A stretch of 64,000 bases of DNA from Aestuariivirga sp. (GTDB lineage Bacteria; Pseudomonadota; Alphaproteobacteria; Rhizobiales; Aestuariivirgaceae). The notes beneath the pieces are model-generated. The model was not told the DNA's origin. It ran no database searches and saw nothing but the letters and a program-made list of their open reading frames with translations. How positions within the stretch are numbered: the first letter of the stretch is position 1; the number at the start of each line of letters is the position of its first letter. Where the stretch lies: NCBI GenBank assembly GCA_030680855.1, contig JAUXUN010000084.1:54079-118078 (forward strand), given 5' to 3'. Shown here piece by piece: positions 58,761 to 64,000 of the stretch. The translations under genes were made by a program, and so were the position numbers.

Positions 58761-61250
58761 GTGGCCGGAGAAAAAATGCGGGAAGGCAACAGCACAATGA
58801 ACGCGTTTATGCGTCATATCGCGGTTGCCGGTTTCGCATTTTTGCAGTGTGGCAGCGCCCATGCGGCGGCCTTCCAGATCCCCGACGTTGACCCCCTTTT
58901 GAGTTTCCTCACGCTGGCCGCGGTGGCGGTTTTTGTCTGGGCGTTCCACGTGGTCAGGAAGCTGAGCCAGGGCGAGAACAGGGCGCGCCAGCGCATCAAT
59001 GAACTGGAGATCAGGCTCAATGAGGCGGAGACGGCCTTTGCCGCCGAAGCCCATGTCATGGTGGTCTGGCGCGGGAAGGAGGAGCTCCCCAGCCGCGTTA
59101 TCGGCAGCATGTATGGCAGCGCCAAGGTTCCCACGGCTGTTGCCGAAATGCTGAATTTTCCCGCTTGGCTGGAAGCTGATTCCAGCAACGTCATTGAGGA
59201 CTGCATCAGAACCCTGCGGGAGATGGGCAAACCCTTCAACATCGGCGTCAAGACACTCAACAATGAATTGCTTGAAGCCGATGGGCGCGCCGCGGGCGGT
59301 ATGGCGACATTGCGGTTTCGCCCGCTCTCCGGCGAGCGGCGGCAGATCACCGAACTTAATTACGATGCGCGGAAATTGGGGATGCAGGTCGAGCGCCTGA
59401 GCGCGGTGCTTGATTCGGCTCCCCTGCCCATATGGCTTCGCGACGGGGATGGCAGGCTGAGCTGGGTCAACCAGGCCTATGTCAAGGCGGTGGAATTGCC
59501 CGACAGCGCGTCGGTTCTGCGATCGCTGATCGAGGTTGCCTCGCCGGAGCGGATCGACACGACGAAGGCCAACCCCAGGACCGGACTCCTGGGAAGAACC
59601 CACGCGGTCTTTGCAGGCGCCATGCGGGCCCTCAATATCCATGAAGTGGCCCTGCCGGAAGGCAAGGCTGGGTTTGCGGTGGATGTTTCGGAGCTGGAAG
59701 AAATTGAAAAGGAGCTTGACCGGCACATCAAGGCCCATGCCTCGACGCTCAACAAACTTGATACGGCAATCGCCATCTTCGGGCCGGACCAGCGTCTGCG
59801 CTTTCACAACATGGCCTTTGCCCAGCTCTGGCCGCTTGACGGGAAATGGCTCGACATGCATCCCACCGATGGCGAGATACTCGACCGCCTGCGGGCCCAG
59901 CGGTGCATTCCGGAACAGGCGAACTACCGCGAATGGCGGGCCAAGCAGCTTTCCTCCTATACGACACTCGAAATGCGGGAAAGCTGGTGGTACCTGCCCG
60001 ATGGGCGCTCGCTGCATGTGGTGTGCGAACAGCATCCGTTTGGCGGCGTCACTTACCTGTATGAAAACGTCACCAAGGAAATCCAGCTCGAGAGCCGCTA
60101 CAATGAGCTCATCGGGGTGCAGCGCGAAACCCTCGACAATCTCGAAGAAGCCATTGCACTGTTCGGGTCCGATGGCCGCTTGAAGCTCTTCAACCCGGCC
60201 TTTTCGAAATTCTGGAATTTTGACGGCGCCTTTCTCCAGAGGGAACCGCACGTCGACCAGCTTGCCAGTGATGCGGTGGTGATACGGGAAGCGGGGGCCG
60301 CCTGGCAGGAGATCAAATTCGGTGTCACCGGCATGGAATCGGAGCGCCGGGCGCTCCGCGGCCGGATGACGGCCAGTGACCGCATTCTGCAATACAGTTC
60401 GGTTCCGCTGCCCGATGGCAACACGCTTCTGACCTTCTCGGACATTTCGGATCCGGCAAAAATGGAGCGCGCCCTGCGCGACCGCACGGAAGCGCTGGAA
60501 GCGGCTGACCGCCTCAAGAACGCCTTTCTCAGCAATGTCTCCTATGAAGTGCGCACGCCGCTTACGAGCATCCTGGGCTTTGCCGAAACGCTGGACCTCG
60601 GCCTGGTGGGGGAGCTTTCGCCAAAGCAGCGGGAATATGTTCTCGACATCAAGCGGTCATCGGAGGAATTGAAGGCCATCATTGACGCCATCATCGACCT
60701 GTCGGCGATTGATGCCGGCGCCATGGAACTGAAACTGACCAAGCTGGATGTGGCCTCGATCCTGCAAACCGTTGCAGAAAAACTGTCGCCGACCATGATC
60801 CGGCGCGACCAGACCCTGAGCATAGAGCTGGCGGAAGACTCGCTTGCATTTGTCGGCGATACGATGCGGGTGGAACAGATCATTTCAAACCTGCTGTCAA
60901 ATGCCATCGGATTTTCGGCAAGGAGGAGCCAGATTCGCATGGGGGCTCGGCGCTCCGGCGCCAATGTCCAGATCTGGATTGCCGACTCGGGCCGGGGCAT
61001 TGACCCGGAATTCCAGAAAAAGGCCTTTGAGAGATTCCAGTCCAAACCCCTGCCGGGCAGCCACCGCGGGCCGGGGCTGGGCCTCGCCATCGTCAAGAGC
61101 TTCACGGAACTTCACGGCGGCAATGTTTCCCTCATTTCCAAGCTTGACCGCGGCACAACTGTTGTGTGTAGCTTCCCGGTTGATGGACCCGCAAGACAAA
61201 GCCTCAAGAGCAGCCCGGCTGAACGCCTCAGCCCGCAACGGGTTGCCTAA
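58761..61250 (+). CDS. divL: DivL-like PAS pseudo-histidine kinase
   Basis: Multiple PAS folds; H-box reads NVSYEVRTPL (Tyr in place of His); syntenic with ahcY and tsaE. Start uncertain (58761 or 58797). Confidence 0.85.
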   Translation: MAGEKMREGNSTMNAFMRHIAVAGFAFLQCGSAHAAAFQIPDVDPLLSFLTLAAVAVFVWAFHVVRKLSQGENRARQRINELEIRLNEAETAFAAEAHVMVVWRGKEELPSRVIGSMYGSAKVPTAVAEMLNFPAWLEADSSNVIEDCIRTLREMGKPFNIGVKTLNNELLEADGRAAGGMATLRFRPLSGERRQITELNYDARKLGMQVERLSAVLDSAPLPIWLRDGDGRLSWVNQAYVKAVELPDSASVLRSLIEVASPERIDTTKANPRTGLLGRTHAVFAGAMRALNIHEVALPEGKAGFAVDVSELEEIEKELDRHIKAHASTLNKLDTAIAIFGPDQRLRFHNMAFAQLWPLDGKWLDMHPTDGEILDRLRAQRCIPEQANYREWRAKQLSSYTTLEMRESWWYLPDGRSLHVVCEQHPFGGVTYLYENVTKEIQLESRYNELIGVQRETLDNLEEAIALFGSDGRLKLFNPAFSKFWNFDGAFLQREPHVDQLASDAVVIREAGAAWQEIKFGVTGMESERRALRGRMTASDRILQYSSVPLPDGNTLLTFSDISDPAKMERALRDRTEALEAADRLKNAFLSNVSYEVRTPLTSILGFAETLDLGLVGELSPKQREYVLDIKRSSEELKAIIDAIIDLSAIDAGAMELKLTKLDVASILQTVAEKLSPTMIRRDQTLSIELAEDSLAFVGDTMRVEQIISNLLSNAIGFSARRSQIRMGARRSGANVQIWIADSGRGIDPEFQKKAFERFQSKPLPGSHRGPGLGLAIVKSFTELHGGNVSLISKLDRGTTVVCSFPVDGPARQSLKSSPAERLSPQRVA

Positions 61251-61261
61251 GCCCGTAACCC

Positions 61262-62758
61262 ATGATCATTGAACGCCGCTCCACCACGCTCACCGCCATG
61301 GAGGCCCTTGCGCGGGAACTTTCGCTGTGGGCGCGGCCCGGTCTCGCCATCCACCTCTCGGGCGAACTGGGGGCCGGAAAATCCGCTTTCGCTCGGGCCT
61401 TTATCCGGGGGCTGGCGCTGGATGACAGGGAGTTCGATATTCCGAGCCCGTCATTTTCGCTAGTCCAATCCTACGACGCCTTAAGGGTGCCGGTGGCCCA
61501 TGTTGATCTCTACCGGATCAGCTCGGCTGCGGAAGTAGCCGAACTGGGACTTGAAGAGTTTTTGGCCAAGTCCCTGATGATTATTGAATGGCCGGAAAAG
61601 CTGCCGGAAAATATTTCTCCCGATCACCTAAAAATTTCCTTCGCCGGATCAGGCGACACCCGTGACCTGAGGCTTGAGGCGGCCGGAAAGTGGATTGAAA
61701 TTCTCAAGCGGGATCAAACAATCAAGGAATTTGTGAATCAGTCTCAGGTGAAGGGTGGAACACGGCATCATTTCGAGGGGGACGCTTCGGCCCGGCGTTA
61801 TGAACGGGTTGCTGGCCGAGCCGCCACACTATTGCTGATGGACATGCCCAGCAGGCCGGACGGCCCGGCGGTGAAGAACGGCAAGCCCTACAGCGCCATT
61901 GCCCACTTGGCCGAAGGCATCAGCGCGGTGGTGGGCATCAATGATTATCTTTTTAACTTGGATTACAGTGTTCCCCGGATTTATGCGGCGGACGTCAACC
62001 TTGGCCTGGCTCTTATTGAATCCCTTGGCGACAAGGTTTTCAGCCGGATGATGGCGAGGGGCGAAGACATTGATGAACCCATGAAAGCAGCGGTGGACGT
62101 TCTTGCCGACATGGCTGCAAGGGAGTGGCCCAGCGCAGTTCCAGTGCGGGGCGGCACGGAGCATCACGTTGTACCTTATGATCTTGATGCCATGATGATC
62201 GAGGTTGATCTTCTGCCGTCATGGTTCTGGCCGCTGCAAAAAAAATCCGCCGCGGGCGATGAGGTGAAAGCGGAATTCTCAGCGATCTGGCAAACGCTCC
62301 TCACCGGCATCGGCTCCCACAGGCCGGTCTGGACCTTGCGGGATTATCATTCGCCCAACCTGCTTTGGCTGCCGGAGCGCAAGGGGCGTCGCCGCGTCGG
62401 GATCATCGACACGCAGGATTGCGTCTTGGGGCATCCGGCCTATGACCTTGTCTCCATGCTGCAGGACGCCCGCGTCGATATAGATTTCAAACGGGCCGAG
62501 GAACTCTTCGAGCATTATTGCACGCTTCGCTCTGCTCAAGGCCCATTTAACGCCCGTGAATTTTCCCTGGTCTTTGCAATCCTGGGGGCCCAGCGCGCCA
62601 CCAAGATTCTGGGGATTTTTGCGCGCCTTTCCAAGCGTGACGGGAAGCCCATCTACCTCAATCATATTCCCCGCGTTTGGCGCTACCTCAAGCGCAATCT
62701 GCAACACCCCGATCTTGCGGTTCTCAAGAATTGGTATGAGCGGAATTTACCATTATGA
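61262..62758 (+). CDS. tsaE: TsaE fused to an aminoglycoside-phosphotransferase (AmgK-like) domain
   Basis: GELGAGKS, PSPSF, HVDLYR; then GDASARRY, RDYHSPNL, IDTQD motifs. Confidence 0.9.
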   Translation: MIIERRSTTLTAMEALARELSLWARPGLAIHLSGELGAGKSAFARAFIRGLALDDREFDIPSPSFSLVQSYDALRVPVAHVDLYRISSAAEVAELGLEEFLAKSLMIIEWPEKLPENISPDHLKISFAGSGDTRDLRLEAAGKWIEILKRDQTIKEFVNQSQVKGGTRHHFEGDASARRYERVAGRAATLLLMDMPSRPDGPAVKNGKPYSAIAHLAEGISAVVGINDYLFNLDYSVPRIYAADVNLGLALIESLGDKVFSRMMARGEDIDEPMKAAVDVLADMAAREWPSAVPVRGGTEHHVVPYDLDAMMIEVDLLPSWFWPLQKKSAAGDEVKAEFSAIWQTLLTGIGSHRPVWTLRDYHSPNLLWLPERKGRRRVGIIDTQDCVLGHPAYDLVSMLQDARVDIDFKRAEELFEHYCTLRSAQGPFNAREFSLVFAILGAQRATKILGIFARLSKRDGKPIYLNHIPRVWRYLKRNLQHPDLAVLKNWYERNLPL

Positions 62759-63468
62759 CCGAAGCCATCGGCAGCCATGCAATGATCCTTGCCGCGGGCT
62801 TTGGGGTGCGCATGCGGCCCTTGACCAATGATCGCCCCAAGCCCCTCATTGAGGTGGCCGGAAAGGCGCTCATTGACTACGGCTTTGACCGGCTGCGCGA
62901 AGCAGGCGTTCAAAAGGCGGTAGTCAACGGCCACTACAGGGCCGCGCAGATATTGCAGTGGTCACAGCAGCAGACAGCGCCCGAGGTTGCATTCTCGGAT
63001 GAACAGGCGGTGATTCTTGATACGGGCGGTGGCATCGCGAAAGCCCTTCCACTTCTTGGCCGCCAGGCTTTTTTCGTGCTTAACAGTGACAGTTTCTGGA
63101 TTGACGGAAGGGTTCCGGCCCTCAGCCGCCTGCGTGCCGTGTGGGATGATGCAACGATGGATTGCCTGCTTCTTTTATGTCACGTTGACCGCACCATTGG
63201 TTACGATGGCCGGGGGGATTTCCGCCTGGAGCGCGACGGGCGCCTCGCCCGCCTGCAGGGGTCAGGGGCTCTTGCCTATATCGGCGGCTATCTCGTGCAC
63301 CCCCGCCTTTTCAGGGATGCACCTCCCGGAAAATTCTCAATGAATGTCTTGTGGGACAAGGCAATTTCCGAGGGCCGCCTGCATGGCATGGCGCACAGCG
63401 GAAAGTGGTTTCACGTGGGAACGCCGGACGCTGTGGGTTTGGCTGAGGCCGAACTTGCCAAGACCTAG
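62755..63468 (+). CDS. Nucleotidyltransferase (MurU-like)
   Basis: AMILAAGFG.RMRPLT..RPKPL, LDTGGG, WFHVGTP motifs; follows the AmgK-like domain. Confidence 0.88.
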   Translation: MTEAIGSHAMILAAGFGVRMRPLTNDRPKPLIEVAGKALIDYGFDRLREAGVQKAVVNGHYRAAQILQWSQQQTAPEVAFSDEQAVILDTGGGIAKALPLLGRQAFFVLNSDSFWIDGRVPALSRLRAVWDDATMDCLLLLCHVDRTIGYDGRGDFRLERDGRLARLQGSGALAYIGGYLVHPRLFRDAPPGKFSMNVLWDKAISEGRLHGMAHSGKWFHVGTPDAVGLAEAELAKT

Positions 63469-63471
63469 CTC

Positions 63472-64000
63472 ATGAGCGAGAGGCCGCAGCGCGTCTACAC
63501 CATCGCCAGCGATGCCCCGTTCCTGGACATTCTGGCGAAGGCGGTTCTGAGGGGCTTTCCCTATGCGATGGGCCACCAACATCCCTCGCTTGCCGCCTGG
63601 ACCATTCTTGTGCCCACACGGCGCGCGGCGCGCGAGCTTCAGGACAAGCTGCTTATCGAGAGCGGAAAGCCGGCGCTTGTGCTGCCGCAGATCAGGCCCA
63701 TCGGAGACCTAGATGAAGATGTTCTTGAAGCGCAGCGCCCCTATGTGGGCTTGCTCGATGCGATCAGCGATATCGGCCGTGAATTTGCCCTCATCGACCT
63801 CATTGATAAATGGGCCGCTGAACATCCGCAGCTTCGCCTGGCGCAGGAGCTAGCGCAAGCGCCGCAACAGACGCAATCCCTGGCGGCGAGCCTTGCAGAG
63901 CTTATTGACGTCATGGAAACAGAGGAGGTTTCATTTGACCGTCTGCCGGAAGCCTATCTGATTGATCTCGCGGTTCACCGGGAGGCCATCCTCAGTCTGT
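63472..64000 (+). CDS. addB: Double-strand break repair protein AddB (partial, runs off the window)
   Basis: Manual translation MSERPQRVYTIASDAPFLDILAK...TILVPTRRAAREL...LPQIRPIGDLDE; conserved synteny. Confidence 0.88.
   Translation, partial: MSERPQRVYTIASDAPFLDILAKAVLRGFPYAMGHQHPSLAAWTILVPTRRAARELQDKLLIESGKPALVLPQIRPIGDLDEDVLEAQRPYVGLLDAISDIGREFALIDLIDKWAAEHPQLRLAQELAQAPQQTQSLAASLAELIDVMETEEVSFDRLPEAYLIDLAVHREAILSL

Noticed and set aside
61262-62758. TsaE-phosphotransferase fusion as a novelty
   Set aside because: This fusion followed by a nucleotidyltransferase and addB is the common arrangement in Rhizobiales.

Overview
Chromosomal window from a GC-rich alphaproteobacterium (Hyphomicrobiales-like gene order). 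The backbone is housekeeping: dnaJ-dnaK, alkB, grpE-hrcA, rph-rdgB-hemW, lppC/rsmI/yraN/gshB, comM(yifB), olsB, maeB, mutS-glnD-murJ-trpS-nfu, mutM, ubiE-ubiB-coaBC-dut-moeB, ahcY-divL-tsaE-murU-addB. Accessory blocks interrupt it. The most unusual structure is a pair of DUF559 endonuclease cassettes (about 6521-7195 and 14659-15334), each wrapped in about 60-bp near-perfect inverted, internally hairpinned arms. The two cassettes lie in direct orientation and bracket about 7.5 kb of cargo (orphan DUF1989 gene, TRAP transporter, methyltransferase, GAF-PAS-GGDEF-EAL protein) between hrcA and rph, which are usually adjacent and divergent. A gene-less element of the same architecture lies at 4612-4746. 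Also present: two HigBA toxin-antitoxin modules that appear leaderless, a VOC-RdgB fusion, a rhizopine/inositol-type MocB/MocDEF cluster with a PanB-like enzyme, an orphan two-ORF operon behind a near-consensus promoter, and several readable operators and promoters (RpoH, TetR, SahR-like, CtrA-like). No rRNA, tRNA, CRISPR array, integrase or classical IS transposase was recognised. All family assignments come from motif recognition by eye; no database search was run.
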